Source of the DNA: Candidatus Rokuibacteriota bacterium
GTDB lineage: Bacteria; Methylomirabilota; Methylomirabilia; Rokubacteriales; CSP1-6
Direction: 5' to 3'
NCBI GenBank assembly: GCA_003221695.1
Contig: QHSX01000039.1
Location: 93,637-157,636, forward strand
DNA length: 64,000 bases
The translations under genes were made by a program, and so were the position numbers. Positions 8,501-19,043 of this stretch are shown piece after piece. A model generated the notes under the pieces. It saw only the letters and a list, made by a program, of their open reading frames with translations. It was not told the DNA's origin and made no database searches. Every line of letters begins with the position of its first letter. Position 1 is the first letter of the stretch.

Positions 8501-9842
8501 TCTGACCCTTCAGTTTCCGGAGGTGCTGTCGGGCGACGTCCACCCAGTCCTTCTCGGACTGGAGCGGCGAGGCGAGCTGGATGTAACGCTCCCAGTGGGT
8601 GATGGCTTCCTTGGGATCGATCTTCTCGTAGACGAGGGCCATGTTGTAGAGCGCGCCGGTGTGCGCGTTGTCCACCTCGATCACGCGCTTGTACTCGTCC
8701 ACCGCCTCCTTGTACAGGCCCTTCTCCTCGTAGACCTCGCCGAGCCCCATCCGCGCCTCGACGAGCTGCGCGTCGAGCTCGATCGCCTTCTTGTAGGCGT
8801 TGACGGACTCGTAGTAGAGCCCCTTCTCCGAGTAGTAGATCTTGCCGAGGCTCAGATAGACCTTGGGGTTGACCGGGTTGAACACGAGCGCCTTCTGGTA
8901 CGCCGCGATCGCCGCGTCGGTCTCACCCTTCGCGGCGCGCGCGTCCCCCAGCCCGACGTGGGCGTCGGCATAGAAGGGTCGGAGCTCGATCGCCTTGTTG
9001 TACGCCTCGACGGCCTGGTCGAAGAGGCGCCGGGGCGCCGCGAGGAACAGGTCCCCGAGCGCCTTGAACGGCTCGGGGTACGCCGCGTCGAGCTGGGTCG
9101 ACGCACGGAATTGCGCGGCCGCCTTCCAGCGGTTGCCGAGCGCCTGGTGGACCGCCCCGAGGGTGTAGTGCGCGACGACGAAGTTGGGGTCGGCCTCGAT
9201 CGCCCGTGCAAGCAGGTCCACCGCGGTCTCGTTGCCGTCCTGGGTCCCGCGCTGGAGCGCGAGCGCGCCCCGAGCGAAGAGCTCGAACGCGCGCAGCGAC
9301 CGCGTCGGCAGCCCCGCGCGCTCGATCCGCGCGGTCTCGGCGGGCGTGACCGGGATCTTGAGGGTCCGCGCGTAGGCCATCGGCAGGCCCGCGAGCTTCA
9401 CGAGGAGCTCGCCCTCCGGCGCCACGACCGGCTCGAGCTGCACCGTCTCGACCCCCGTCGCCTTGACGTCGAAAAGCCGCGGCTGGATCACGAGCTCCGT
9501 GGACCGTCGGGTCATCGTGCCAAACAGCGCGGCGTCGGCGCGCACTGCACGCGCCGCCTGAGAGAGTGCCGCCTCGCCCCACGCCTCTGGCTGGCCGTAG
9601 GCGCGCAGGCGCGACCGCTCGATCTCAACGAACGCCGGGTGCTGCGCGAGCCCGAGCGACAGGACCTGGGCGATCGCCTCGCCGATCCACTGCTCCTCGC
9701 GGTCGAGCGCGCTCGCGTCGAAGGGCGCGATCAGGACGATGCGCGGCTTGACGCTCGGCGCCGCGTCGAGAGACAACGAGAGCACGATCAGACTCCCGAG
9801 CACCGGGACCCCGAGCCTCCACCGCCACCCGCGTCCACGCAT
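8490..9842 (-). CDS. Exported tetratricopeptide repeat protein
   Basis: Signal-like N-terminus, a TolB-N-like segment (WIGEAIAQVL), then multiple TPRs (AHYTLG, AHVGLG, ARMGLG). Confidence 0.85.
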   Translation of the reverse strand: MRGRGWRWRLGVPVLGSLIVLSLSLDAAPSVKPRIVLIAPFDASALDREEQWIGEAIAQVLSLGLAQHPAFVEIERSRLRAYGQPEAWGEAALSQAARAVRADAALFGTMTRRSTELVIQPRLFDVKATGVETVQLEPVVAPEGELLVKLAGLPMAYARTLKIPVTPAETARIERAGLPTRSLRAFELFARGALALQRGTQDGNETAVDLLARAIEADPNFVVAHYTLGAVHQALGNRWKAAAQFRASTQLDAAYPEPFKALGDLFLAAPRRLFDQAVEAYNKAIELRPFYADAHVGLGDARAAKGETDAAIAAYQKALVFNPVNPKVYLSLGKIYYSEKGLYYESVNAYKKAIELDAQLVEARMGLGEVYEEKGLYKEAVDEYKRVIEVDNAHTGALYNMALVYEKIDPKEAITHWERYIQLASPLQSEKDWVDVARQHLRKLKGQIKE

Positions 9843-12800
9843 CACCGGACCTCCTTCCGCTTCCCTCCCCGTCGGAGGAGACCCACCACCCATCCGAAGG
9901 CACCCGGGCCGAGACGGCGCAGCCCGATGTCCGGGATTAACAGAACCGCGACGAGCCCGACGAGCCACGGCCAGACCTCCACCGTGATGCGGGACCGCCG
10001 CCGCCCCTTGAGGAAGGCGTCGCGCGGGGTCTCGAGCGCCGACCCGCCCGTGAGCTCCGCCAGCTCGCGGAGGAGTGCCTCGTCCACCCCGAGGTCTCGC
10101 AGCTCCTGGGCGTAGGGTACCACCAGCCCCGCGAGCTGCGAGCCGATGACCCGATCGCCACGTCGCTGCGCCATGCCGACCAGGTACACGCCCTCCTGCG
10201 TGACCGGGAAACGACCGCGGTAGCGGCCCGGCCCCACCTGCTCGAGGTCGATCACGGTGCGCTCCCGGTTGGGCGCGACGACTCCCACCTGGGAGTCCAG
10301 GAAGTTGATGAACTCGCCCTTGGTGTCGACAGCGTCGACCACGATCTCACCGAGATCCTCGTGCCGCTCGACGAGCGCCACCGTGTCGCTGCGCGACCCG
10401 CTCCGCAGCGTCCAGCGAACGAGCTGCGACCAGAACTTGTTGAAGTCACGCCAGCGGAGCCAGAGGACCGCCCACTTCGCCTTGGCGTCGGACGTGAAGG
10501 CCGCCGTGCGACCGAGCCCGTACCGCCACGTCGCGAGCACCGGGTCCTCCTGATGGCTCATCAAGACCAGCTCGGCCGTGGACTTGAGCGTGGTCGCGAC
10601 GTAGCCGCCGAGCGGCGGCACGTTCTTCCAGTCGATCTCCTGCATCGCTTCGTGGTTGGGCGACGTGAGCTGGGGCTTGAAGGGCTGCTCGATGAGCGAG
10701 GCCTTCGACGCGAGCTGCGTCTCGAGCGTGAAGATACGCGGGATCGTCTGCGAGTCCTCGGTGTAGTAGAAGCGCCCTCTGCCCCACTTGGCGATATCCA
10801 CCATCAGCTGGACGTCGGCGTCCTTGCCGATCGCCACCGTCGACACGGTGATCTTGTCCTTCGCCATCCGGCGCAGCAGCCCCTGGAAGTCGCCGCGCGT
10901 CATCTGGCCGTCGGAGAGGAAGATGACGTGCTTGAGGAGCGCGGGCCGCTCGAACAGGACCGCGTACGACTCCTTGAGCGCCGGGTAGCCGTCCGTGCCC
11001 CCGCCCGCCTTGATCGTCGCGACCGCGTGATGGATCGCCTGCCGGTCCTTCGCCGACCTCACCGGCGCGTCCCAGATGAACTCGGTGTCCCAGCTCATGA
11101 CGCCGACTTCGTTGCGCTCGTCGAGGAGGTCCACGACGAGGTGGGCGGCCTCCTTCGCCAGGTCGAGCTTGGTGACCTTCTCGTCGGTCGCCATCGCCAT
11201 CGAGCCGGAACGGTCGATCGAGAGCACGACGGCCAGGCTCGGGATCTCGACCTTCTGCTTGACCTCCATCGTGACCGGCAGCGCCTCCTCGATCGGCGTG
11301 CGGTAGTAGCCGCCGAGCCCGAAGCTCTCCTCGCCACCGACCATCAGGAGCCCGCCGCCTCCATCGCGGACGTAGTCGCGGATGTGGGCCATCTGCGTCC
11401 GCGTGAGCTTGAGCGAGGAGACGTTGGAGAGGATGACGCCGTCGTATTTCTGCAGGCCCGCGACGTCGCTCGGGATCTGCGGCGGCTCGACGACGGTGAC
11501 CTCAATGTTCTGCGACCGGAGCGCGCCGGCGAGGGACTGCGCGTGGCTCCGGTCGCGGTCGGCGAGGAGCACCTGCGGCCGGCCGCGGACAACCACCGTC
11601 CCGACGGCGCGGTTGTTCTCTTCGATCGTGTCGCCCTCGACCTCGATCAACGCCTGGTAGACGTGGATGCCGCTGGCGTCGAGCGCCTGACGGTAGCCGA
11701 AGACGTTCTTGCCCGCGCTGAGCCGCACCACCTGCGAGCCGAGAAACTCGCCGTTGCGGAAGAGCGAGAGCCGGCCCTGTGCGTCCTTGTGACTCCACGC
11801 GACCACCTTCGCCTGGAACGGCTCGCCGTATTTGACCTCCTGCGGGAGCACGAGCGCCTCGGCCACCACTTCCTGCGTGAAGGTCAACGGCGCGGCGATG
11901 TAGTGGATGTCGCTGCCGGCGTTCTTGGCGGCCTGGGCTCCGGCGAGCGCGTTGCCGGCGTTCTGCCGCCCGTCCGTCAGCATCACGATCCGGTTCGCCT
12001 GCCCCGGCGGCAGCATCGCGAGGGCGAGCTGGATCGCCTGGAAGATGTTGGTCCCGCGCCCGTCCACCTGCGCCTTCGGCCGGTCCACCGTGGGCCGGTT
12101 CGCGAGCTGCTGGTCGACGACGGCGGCGTCGCCGAACACGATGAGGCCTTGCCGGTCGCCCGGCCTCATCGACCTGACGCCTTCGGCAACGAACCGGTAC
12201 GCGCGCTCGCGCGCGGCAAGGCTCACGCTGTCCGACACGTCGAGGAGAAAGACGACGTTCATCCGGTCCACCCAGCGCGGCAGCGCGGGACGCGCGAGCG
12301 TCAGGAAGAGGACGACGATGAGCGCGCCCCGGAGTGCCAGCGCCCAGCGGTCGCCGGCGCCCGTCGGCGCCTGGAGCCGCCCCGCGGTCTGGCGCCGCCA
12401 GTAGAGCAGCCCCTCGACCGCGAGCAAGACTGCGGCGATGAGCACGAACAGCGGCCAGAGCTCACGTTGGATCGGCACGGGCGCCGGCGGACCGACGGCG
12501 GGCCCAGACGACGCCGGCAGGGGGCGCGGCTGGAGATTCGATTCCTCGGTGTCCATCAGATTCACCGCGACCCGCGTCTCCCCCCGCGCGCTCGACAGCG
12601 TGTAGACGCCAACCTCGTCGGTCTCGGTGAAGCTCACCATGCCGCGGGTCACGAGCGCCTTGACGACGCGCCCGCGCGGGGTCGTCACGTTCACGCTCGT
12701 CACGCCGTGCGCCACCGGGAGGAGGATCGGCTGGCCGGCCGCGAGCTGCAGGCTCGACTGGTCGAGCGCCGCCGGGTGGAGCCAGCGCAGGCTGTTAGAG

Positions 12801-14218
12801 AGGATCAGCGGGAAGGCGACGCGCAGCGGGAAGTCCGTCTTGAAGAGGTCGAAGCCGATGAAGATCGCCTTCCGGTCGGGCTCCTCGAGCGCGTAGATGA
12901 GCGGGCCGCCGACGGCCTCCACGAGCGGCCGGCCCGCGGCGAGCGGGCGGATCCGGATGGCGTCTTCGATCGCGACCTTCGCGAACTCAACGTGGCGCAT
13001 GATCGGATGCGCGCGATCCCAATCCATGATGGTGGGTCGCTCGATCCTGCCGAGGACTTCGAGCGGGACGTCCGCGGGTACCGCGTTCACAAACACGAAG
13101 CGCCCCGCGCCCACGCGCGGCGGCGTGATGGAGTCCAGGACGACGACGTCCGCGTCGGCCATGCCACCCGCGTACTGGTCCGACGTGCGAACCTCGAGCG
13201 ACACCTGCGGGTCCGTCCTGAGGACCTTCTCGAGGAAGAGGTTCCCCGGGCTCACGAGGAGGACGTTGATCTTGCGCGGCGGCGGCAGCACCGCGTAGGC
13301 GACGTCGTCCACCGCCAGGTCGTCGTCGATCCGGAGGCGCGCCGTGACGAGCCCACCGCCGCCGTGGCTGAAGGGCAGGACGATCGAGCGCCGGACGCTC
13401 GGCTCGAGCGTCACGTCCTTCTCGGCGATCGTCCGGCCGTCGAGCTCCAGGGCGAACGTGAAGGTCTGAGCCTCGGGCGAGTAGTTCACGAGCGAGACGA
13501 ACGCCTGGTAGTCGGACCCGCCGACGGAGATCTTCCGGATCGCCAGGCTCGCGATGCCGACGTTCCAGCTCCGTCGCCCCACGCCGACCCAGCGGATGCG
13601 CGGGTCGGCGACGGCATGGGCCGAGGGCTGCGCGAACGCGCCGTCGGTGAAGACGTGGATCTCGGCGCGCGGGTCGGCGCCGACCAGGGCGCGCGCGGTC
13701 CGGACGGCCTCCGCGAGGCGGGTCGGGAGGTCCCGTGCCTGCGCCTGGCCGATGGCCGCCAGGGCACGCTGGCGGTCGCGCCCCAGCGCGGCCGTCACCT
13801 TCGGCTGGACGCCCGTCTCGATCACCATCACCTCGGCGCCCTCGCCCAGGCGACGCACGAGCTGGACCGCCGCCGCCTGCGCGATGTCGAAGCGCGACGG
13901 ACTGACGTCCCTCGCCTTCATGGAGGCCGAGGTGTCGAGCACCACCACGACCTTGCGAGCGCCGTCGCCCATCACCGTGACGGCCGGCCGCGCGAGGGCG
14001 AGGGACAGCGCGAGGAGGGCGAGGATCTGGAGAATCAGCAGCGGATCGCGCTGGAGCCGCTGGAAGAACGCCGACGCCTCGCGGTCGCGCAGCGACGGAT
14101 CCCACAGGAGCAGGCTCGGCACCCGCCGCTCGCGCCGGCGAATCTTGAGGAAGTAGAGCAGGATGAGCGGGAGGACCAGCGCCGTGAGAGCGAACGCGAG
14201 CGGCGAGAGGAAGCTCAT
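9842..14218 (-). CDS. Large membrane protein: BatA N-terminal domain, three vWA domains, GATase-like domain
   Basis: MSFLSP..LILLYFLK..VPSLLLW (BatA); MIDAS motifs DTSASM, DVSDSV, DRSGSM; GGGLLMVGGEESFGLGGY. Confidence 0.88.
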   Translation of the reverse strand: MSFLSPLAFALTALVLPLILLYFLKIRRRERRVPSLLLWDPSLRDREASAFFQRLQRDPLLILQILALLALSLALARPAVTVMGDGARKVVVVLDTSASMKARDVSPSRFDIAQAAAVQLVRRLGEGAEVMVIETGVQPKVTAALGRDRQRALAAIGQAQARDLPTRLAEAVRTARALVGADPRAEIHVFTDGAFAQPSAHAVADPRIRWVGVGRRSWNVGIASLAIRKISVGGSDYQAFVSLVNYSPEAQTFTFALELDGRTIAEKDVTLEPSVRRSIVLPFSHGGGGLVTARLRIDDDLAVDDVAYAVLPPPRKINVLLVSPGNLFLEKVLRTDPQVSLEVRTSDQYAGGMADADVVVLDSITPPRVGAGRFVFVNAVPADVPLEVLGRIERPTIMDWDRAHPIMRHVEFAKVAIEDAIRIRPLAAGRPLVEAVGGPLIYALEEPDRKAIFIGFDLFKTDFPLRVAFPLILSNSLRWLHPAALDQSSLQLAAGQPILLPVAHGVTSVNVTTPRGRVVKALVTRGMVSFTETDEVGVYTLSSARGETRVAVNLMDTEESNLQPRPLPASSGPAVGPPAPVPIQRELWPLFVLIAAVLLAVEGLLYWRRQTAGRLQAPTGAGDRWALALRGALIVVLFLTLARPALPRWVDRMNVVFLLDVSDSVSLAARERAYRFVAEGVRSMRPGDRQGLIVFGDAAVVDQQLANRPTVDRPKAQVDGRGTNIFQAIQLALAMLPPGQANRIVMLTDGRQNAGNALAGAQAAKNAGSDIHYIAAPLTFTQEVVAEALVLPQEVKYGEPFQAKVVAWSHKDAQGRLSLFRNGEFLGSQVVRLSAGKNVFGYRQALDASGIHVYQALIEVEGDTIEENNRAVGTVVVRGRPQVLLADRDRSHAQSLAGALRSQNIEVTVVEPPQIPSDVAGLQKYDGVILSNVSSLKLTRTQMAHIRDYVRDGGGGLLMVGGEESFGLGGYYRTPIEEALPVTMEVKQKVEIPSLAVVLSIDRSGSMAMATDEKVTKLDLAKEAAHLVVDLLDERNEVGVMSWDTEFIWDAPVRSAKDRQAIHHAVATIKAGGGTDGYPALKESYAVLFERPALLKHVIFLSDGQMTRGDFQGLLRRMAKDKITVSTVAIGKDADVQLMVDIAKWGRGRFYYTEDSQTIPRIFTLETQLASKASLIEQPFKPQLTSPNHEAMQEIDWKNVPPLGGYVATTLKSTAELVLMSHQEDPVLATWRYGLGRTAAFTSDAKAKWAVLWLRWRDFNKFWSQLVRWTLRSGSRSDTVALVERHEDLGEIVVDAVDTKGEFINFLDSQVGVVAPNRERTVIDLEQVGPGRYRGRFPVTQEGVYLVGMAQRRGDRVIGSQLAGLVVPYAQELRDLGVDEALLRELAELTGGSALETPRDAFLKGRRRSRITVEVWPWLVGLVAVLLIPDIGLRRLGPGAFGWVVGLLRRGGKRKEVR

Positions 14219-15102
14219 ACCAGTAGGCGGCCTCGGATCTGCGCGAGCACGAACTCCTCGACCGGGGTGTCGGTCGTCACCCGGTGGTACCCGATCTCCT
14301 GGGTGCGGCTGAACGTCTCGACGCGCTCGAGGAATTGCCGAAGGCGCTCGCGGTAGGTACGGAGCGCCTCGCCGTCGACGGAGAGCTCGCGGGTCTCGCC
14401 GGTCTCGGCGTCGACGAGCCGCAGATCGCCGGCGAGCTCGGGGTCCATCTCCTCGGGCGCCAGCACGTGGACCAGGTGGACGTCGAACCGCCGCTCGAGC
14501 AGGGCGCGCACCCCCGTCTCGAACCCGGCGGGATCCATGAGATCGGAGACCACGACGGCGAGCCCCGGCTCGCGCGCTCGCATGGCGTAGTTGCCGAGCC
14601 CGTCGTTGAGACTCGTGCCGCCGGCAGGCCCGACGCGACCCAAGAACTCGAACAGGTTCACCACCTGGTTACGCCCGCGTGTGGGCGACCAGCCCTCGGC
14701 CACGCGCTCGCGCAGCACGCCCACTCCCACGCGCTCCATGCCGACCAGGCCAACGAAGCCGAGCGCGGCCGCGAGCCGCGCGCCGTACTCGAGCTTCGTC
14801 GGCGCGCCGAAGTCCATCGACGCCGAGGCGTCCAGGAGGAGGTGCAGGCACAGGTCCTCCTCGTCCACGAAGAGCTTGACGTGGAGCCGGTCGAGGCGCC
14901 CGTAGATGTTCCAGTCGACGTAGCGGAGGTCGTCACCTACCCCGTAGGCGCGGTAGTCGCAGAACTCGACGCTGTGCCCGCGGCGCGGGCTACGCCGTTC
15001 CCCCCTCACGCGTCCGCGAAACACGCGACGCGAGAGCAGCGCCAGGCGCTCCAGCTGCGCCAGGAACTCCGACGAGAAGGGGGCGGGGCGCGTGGTGGGC
15101 AT
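14215..15102 (-). CDS. DUF58 family protein
   Basis: GHSVEFCDYRAYGVGDDLRYVDWN, LLDASASM. Confidence 0.92.
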   Translation of the reverse strand: MPTTRPAPFSSEFLAQLERLALLSRRVFRGRVRGERRSPRRGHSVEFCDYRAYGVGDDLRYVDWNIYGRLDRLHVKLFVDEEDLCLHLLLDASASMDFGAPTKLEYGARLAAALGFVGLVGMERVGVGVLRERVAEGWSPTRGRNQVVNLFEFLGRVGPAGGTSLNDGLGNYAMRAREPGLAVVVSDLMDPAGFETGVRALLERRFDVHLVHVLAPEEMDPELAGDLRLVDAETGETRELSVDGEALRTYRERLRQFLERVETFSRTQEIGYHRVTTDTPVEEFVLAQIRGRLLV

Positions 15103-15105
15103 GAA

Positions 15106-16557
15106 CTAGCGCTCGTCGAGCGCCTGGAAGTAGTTCCGGATCTGGTCGTGATAGTCGCGCGGCACTTGCTCGCGCGTGATCGCGTCCTCCATCATCTTGC
15201 GGTACTGCCCGACGACCCCGAGGTACATGAGGCGCGAAGGCATCTGGCCTGCCCGGCCGGTGAGGTTCGTGTCGTAGCCCTCCTTCTTGCCGCGACGCGA
15301 TTCGCCCTCGACGCCGACGTCGTAAGGACTGGCGCGGAGCCGAGCCGTCGCGTCGCCCTTCGGCATGGTGCTCCGTCCCTTGCCCGGCAGGAGCCCCTCG
15401 CCCTCCCCGAAATCCTGGTCCTCGGGCCCGTTACCCTCCCCGCCCCGGGCGTGGTCGCGCCCCCGGACGCCGCGCTCGTTCTCACGGCCGCCGCGCAGGC
15501 CCTTCCCCGAGCGTTGCGCCTCCTCCATCGCACGCATCTTGTCGAGGGCGCGCTGCATGGCCTCGAGGGCACGGTCCGTCTGCCCGCCCTCGAGCGCCTC
15601 CATCCCCTCGGTCGCGTCGCCGCTCCAGTTACCGCCCTTGCGTCCGAGGCGCTCCATCTCGTCGAGCAGCTCGCGGAGCTTCCGGGGCGAGATGTCCGGA
15701 GAGAGCCCGCTCAGCAGCGACTTGGACTTGCGGTAGACCATCTTGTACTGGGAGCTCGTGAAGTCCGACTGGAGGTCCGGCAGCCTATCCACCTGCTCCA
15801 GCAGCTTGAGCCGCTCGTCGCCCTTCTTCAGGAAGCTGTTGAAGTCGGGCCGCTGGCTCGACAGCGCGGTGTCCTTGAAGATCGCCGAGAGGTCGCCCGC
15901 GGTCGACCCGCTGCCCGTACCACTCTTCTGGGCGAAGTCGCGCTCCTCGACCGACGGGCGCTTGAGCGGCGTCGTCTGCAGCGGCCGCGATCGCTCCTCC
16001 ATCAGCTCGGTCGTGGTCCGCTCCTCACGCTGCTCCGGCTCGGTGGACGGGGTGAAGTCGCCGATCGTTCCCAGCGGCAGGTGCATCGCCGGCGCGAACG
16101 CCAGGACCAGCCCCGCGAGGAGCGGCGCCGGCAGCCAGCGCCCTTCGAGCGGAATCGCGCGGCGCACGATCCATCGCGACTCGAGGGTGGAGACGCGCGC
16201 CGCGGTGTCGGCGACGAGCGCGTCCACGAGCGGCGTTCGGTCGGGGCGGTCGGCCCACTCGAGCACGGTGGCGACGCGGTCGGCGAGGCCGAAGGCGCGG
16301 TCGGCGAGCCGCGCGACATCCTGAACGATGACTCGCTTGGTGAACCCGTAGGTGGTGCCGGCGATCGCGCCCAGCGCGACGAGCGCGGGAGCCACGGCGA
16401 GCGCGGCGAGACCCAGGGCGGCCTTGAAGACGAGCACGGCCGCGGCGACGAGAGCGCCCCAGAACGCGCCGCGCAGGCCCCAGTGCTCGGCGCGGCGGAC
16501 CCGGACCTCCCGCGCGACCCGCCGGACAAGGACTTCGATCGTCTGCGGATGATCCAT
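15106..16557 (-). CDS. Hypothetical membrane-anchored protein with helical, Gly-rich C-terminus (MoxR operon)
   Basis: Three N-terminal hydrophobic segments; ends in EQVPRDYHDQIRNYF, typical of MoxR-operon accessory proteins. Confidence 0.75.
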   Translation of the reverse strand: MDHPQTIEVLVRRVAREVRVRRAEHWGLRGAFWGALVAAAVLVFKAALGLAALAVAPALVALGAIAGTTYGFTKRVIVQDVARLADRAFGLADRVATVLEWADRPDRTPLVDALVADTAARVSTLESRWIVRRAIPLEGRWLPAPLLAGLVLAFAPAMHLPLGTIGDFTPSTEPEQREERTTTELMEERSRPLQTTPLKRPSVEERDFAQKSGTGSGSTAGDLSAIFKDTALSSQRPDFNSFLKKGDERLKLLEQVDRLPDLQSDFTSSQYKMVYRKSKSLLSGLSPDISPRKLRELLDEMERLGRKGGNWSGDATEGMEALEGGQTDRALEAMQRALDKMRAMEEAQRSGKGLRGGRENERGVRGRDHARGGEGNGPEDQDFGEGEGLLPGKGRSTMPKGDATARLRASPYDVGVEGESRRGKKEGYDTNLTGRAGQMPSRLMYLGVVGQYRKMMEDAITREQVPRDYHDQIRNYFQALDER

Positions 16558-16572
16558 GGGGTCCTCTCGCGC

Positions 16573-17586
16573 TCAGCGAAGAAAGACTTCTCTACCGCTG
16601 GCCGTAATGGCCTCTGCAGCCTCCACGATCTGGCCGATCAGGGTGTCGGCGTCCACCCCCTCGGCCTCGCCCTCGAAGTTCAGGATGACCCGGTGACGCA
16701 GGGCAGGCATGGCGAGGGCCTTGATGTCCTCCGCGCTCACGTTGTAACGCCCCTCCGCGAGGGCCCGGACCTTGGCGCCCAGCACGAGCGCCTGGGCGCC
16801 GCGCGGGCTGGCGCCGTACCGCACGAACCGACGCGAGACCTCGGGCGAGCCGGCCCAGGACGGGTGCGTCGCCATCACGATGGTGGACGCCAGGTCGCGG
16901 ACGTGCGAGGCGATCGGCACCTCGCGGATCAGCTCGCGGAGCGAAAGCACCGTGGGCCCGTTCATCACGCGGCTCACCGTCACGTGCCGTGATTGAGTGG
17001 TGCGGTCGATGATCGCGTTCAGCTCGTCGATTGCGGGGTACCGAACCCGCAGCTTGAACAGGAACCGGTCCAGCTGCGCCTCGGGCAGCGGATAGGTGCC
17101 CTCCATCTCGATCGGGTTCTGGGTCGCAAGCACGAAGAAGGGCGCGGGGAGCGGCCGCGAGGCGCCTCCGACGGTGACGGCGCCTTCCTGCATCCCCTCG
17201 AGCAGCGCCGACTGGGTCTTCGGCGTGGCGCGGTTGATCTCGTCCGCGAGGAGGATGTGGGCGAAGATCGGCCCCTGCTGGAACTGGAAGTGCTTTCGGC
17301 CGTCCACGTCCTCAACGATGATGTTCGTACCGATGATGTCGGCGGGCATCAGGTCGGGCGTGAACTGGATCCGCGAGAACGACAGCTCGAGGCCTTCGGC
17401 GAGCGTCTTGATGAGCAGCGTCTTGCCGAGACCCGGCACGCCTTCGAGGAGGACGTGACCGCCGGCGAACATGGCGGTCAGGACGTGGGTGATGATCTCG
17501 CGGTGGCCGACGATGACCTTCTCGACCTCCGCCCGCAGCGCCTCGAACGCGGTGACGAACGCTTCCACCCGAGCGTCCTGAGTCAT
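16573..17586 (-). CDS. moxR: MoxR-family AAA+ ATPase
   Basis: LEGVPGLGKT, RIQFTPDLMPAD, LADEINRATPKTQSALLE, ATQNPIEMEGTYPLPEAQLDRF. Confidence 0.96.
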   Translation of the reverse strand: MTQDARVEAFVTAFEALRAEVEKVIVGHREIITHVLTAMFAGGHVLLEGVPGLGKTLLIKTLAEGLELSFSRIQFTPDLMPADIIGTNIIVEDVDGRKHFQFQQGPIFAHILLADEINRATPKTQSALLEGMQEGAVTVGGASRPLPAPFFVLATQNPIEMEGTYPLPEAQLDRFLFKLRVRYPAIDELNAIIDRTTQSRHVTVSRVMNGPTVLSLRELIREVPIASHVRDLASTIVMATHPSWAGSPEVSRRFVRYGASPRGAQALVLGAKVRALAEGRYNVSAEDIKALAMPALRHRVILNFEGEAEGVDADTLIGQIVEAAEAITASGREVFLR

Positions 17587-17885
17587 TCAGGTCTCCTCTC
17601 TCGGACGATCACGCCGACGTCGCCATTAAAGACGCCAAATCACCCGAGCGGGTTTCCGGCCAAACCCCTAAAACTCGCTGCGACCTCCCCTGACGTCGAT
17701 ACGGAATGCCGTCGAGCCGGGGCGGCTGCCAGTCGCCGCCCGCTAACCCCATCGTAACCCCAGGTGGCTCGTAATGCGCGCGTCATTTGCGTCGGGGGCG
17801 CGCGCCGAGCAAGTGACCGCCCCGCTTGACCTAGCGCTCCGGCCGCCGCGGCGCCCCGGGGCGAGCCCCGCCGCCAGCCCGGAGC

Positions 17886-18929
17886 TCACGCGGAAACCGG
17901 TACCAGCTGGCGGTAGACGTCGATGTAGCCGTCGATCTCGCGCGCCGCCGGGTACCGACGCGTGATCAACTCGCGTCCCGCGGCGCCCAGGCGGGCGCGG
18001 AGGGCGGGGTCGGAGGCGAGCAGCTCCGCGCGACGCTCGAACTCGGCCTCGTCGCGGAAGTGGAAGCCGGTGACGCCGTCCTCGATCAGAGATCGGTTGC
18101 CCTCGATGTCAGACGCCAGCACCGCACGACCCAGCGCCAGCGCCTCGAGCACGGAATTGGCCATCCCACCCTCGGAGATCGAGCAGTTCAGCACGACGTC
18201 GCCCGTGGCGAGGAGCCCGCCCATCTCGGCGTGGGGCACGGCACCGATCCAGCGGGCCCACGGCCGCCCCCGGAGGGCCCGGCGGAGCGCGTCGCCCTCG
18301 TCGGCGTCGAGCGTGGGCCCGACGTAGAGGAGGCGCACGCGCGGGCGTCGGGCGACGAGCCGTTCGAGCGGCTCGAGCGGGAAGCGTGGGCGCTTCACCA
18401 TCCGGATGCCGGCGGGGAAGACGAACAGGTCACGCTCCCGCGGGAGGTCCCAGCGGGCGCCGAGGTCGAAGGGCTCCGTCGTGTCGACCAGGGTGGACTG
18501 CGGAACGACGACGAGCCGCCCCCGGAGGTCGGGCAGCGCTCCGGCCACGCGCTCGGCGATCGAGTCATGGAAGGCGGTCAGACGCGCGGCGCCCTCGAGC
18601 ACACGGCGTACGACAGAGGCACGCTCGGGATCGAAGAGGTCGTGGTTGGCATCGGTGCCGGTCAGCGTCACGACCAGCGGGATCTCGGCCCGTCGGGCCT
18701 GGCGCAGCGCGAGCGGCCCCGCGCGATAGGCGTGGAAGGCGTGGACGACCGCGGGCCGAAACGCGTCCACCTCGGCCTCGACGGCCACCCCGGGGTGGAG
18801 CGAGAGGTCCCAAACGTCGACCTCGACACCGCGCGCGCGAAGGCCATGCGCCACCCGGGCGGCGGTCACGGCGTTGCCGCGCACCGAGGGGAACGCAAAC
18901 GGGGTGAGCAGCGCCACGCGCGGCGACAT
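17886..18929 (-). CDS. GT4 glycosyltransferase resembling selenosugar synthase SenB
   Basis: LLTP...RGNAVTAARV, LVVTLTGTD, AGIRMVKRP, SISEGGMANSVLEA; selD lies about 370 nt away on the same strand. Confidence 0.8.
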   Translation of the reverse strand: MSPRVALLTPFAFPSVRGNAVTAARVAHGLRARGVEVDVWDLSLHPGVAVEAEVDAFRPAVVHAFHAYRAGPLALRQARRAEIPLVVTLTGTDANHDLFDPERASVVRRVLEGAARLTAFHDSIAERVAGALPDLRGRLVVVPQSTLVDTTEPFDLGARWDLPRERDLFVFPAGIRMVKRPRFPLEPLERLVARRPRVRLLYVGPTLDADEGDALRRALRGRPWARWIGAVPHAEMGGLLATGDVVLNCSISEGGMANSVLEALALGRAVLASDIEGNRSLIEDGVTGFHFRDEAEFERRAELLASDPALRARLGAAGRELITRRYPAAREIDGYIDVYRQLVPVSA

Positions 18930-19043
18930 CGGCCCCGAGCATACGGGCATCGGCGCGCTCCGTCCAGACGCCACGCGACGGGCCGCGGGTCCGGAATCTC
19001 TCACCCCGGCTCGACCGTCCTATATAATGTGCTGGGATCTTAG

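Noticed and set aside
10361..16992. Very long plus-strand ORFs (1331 aa, 902 aa) and similar antisense ORFs elsewhere (e.g. 28873..32226)
   Set aside because: They are shadow frames opposite well-supported genes, expected at this GC content, and carry no motifs.
17609..17752. 47-codon minus-strand ORF upstream of moxR (MGLAGGDWQPP...)
   Set aside because: No RBS or motif and atypical codons; the region is better explained as structured non-coding sequence.
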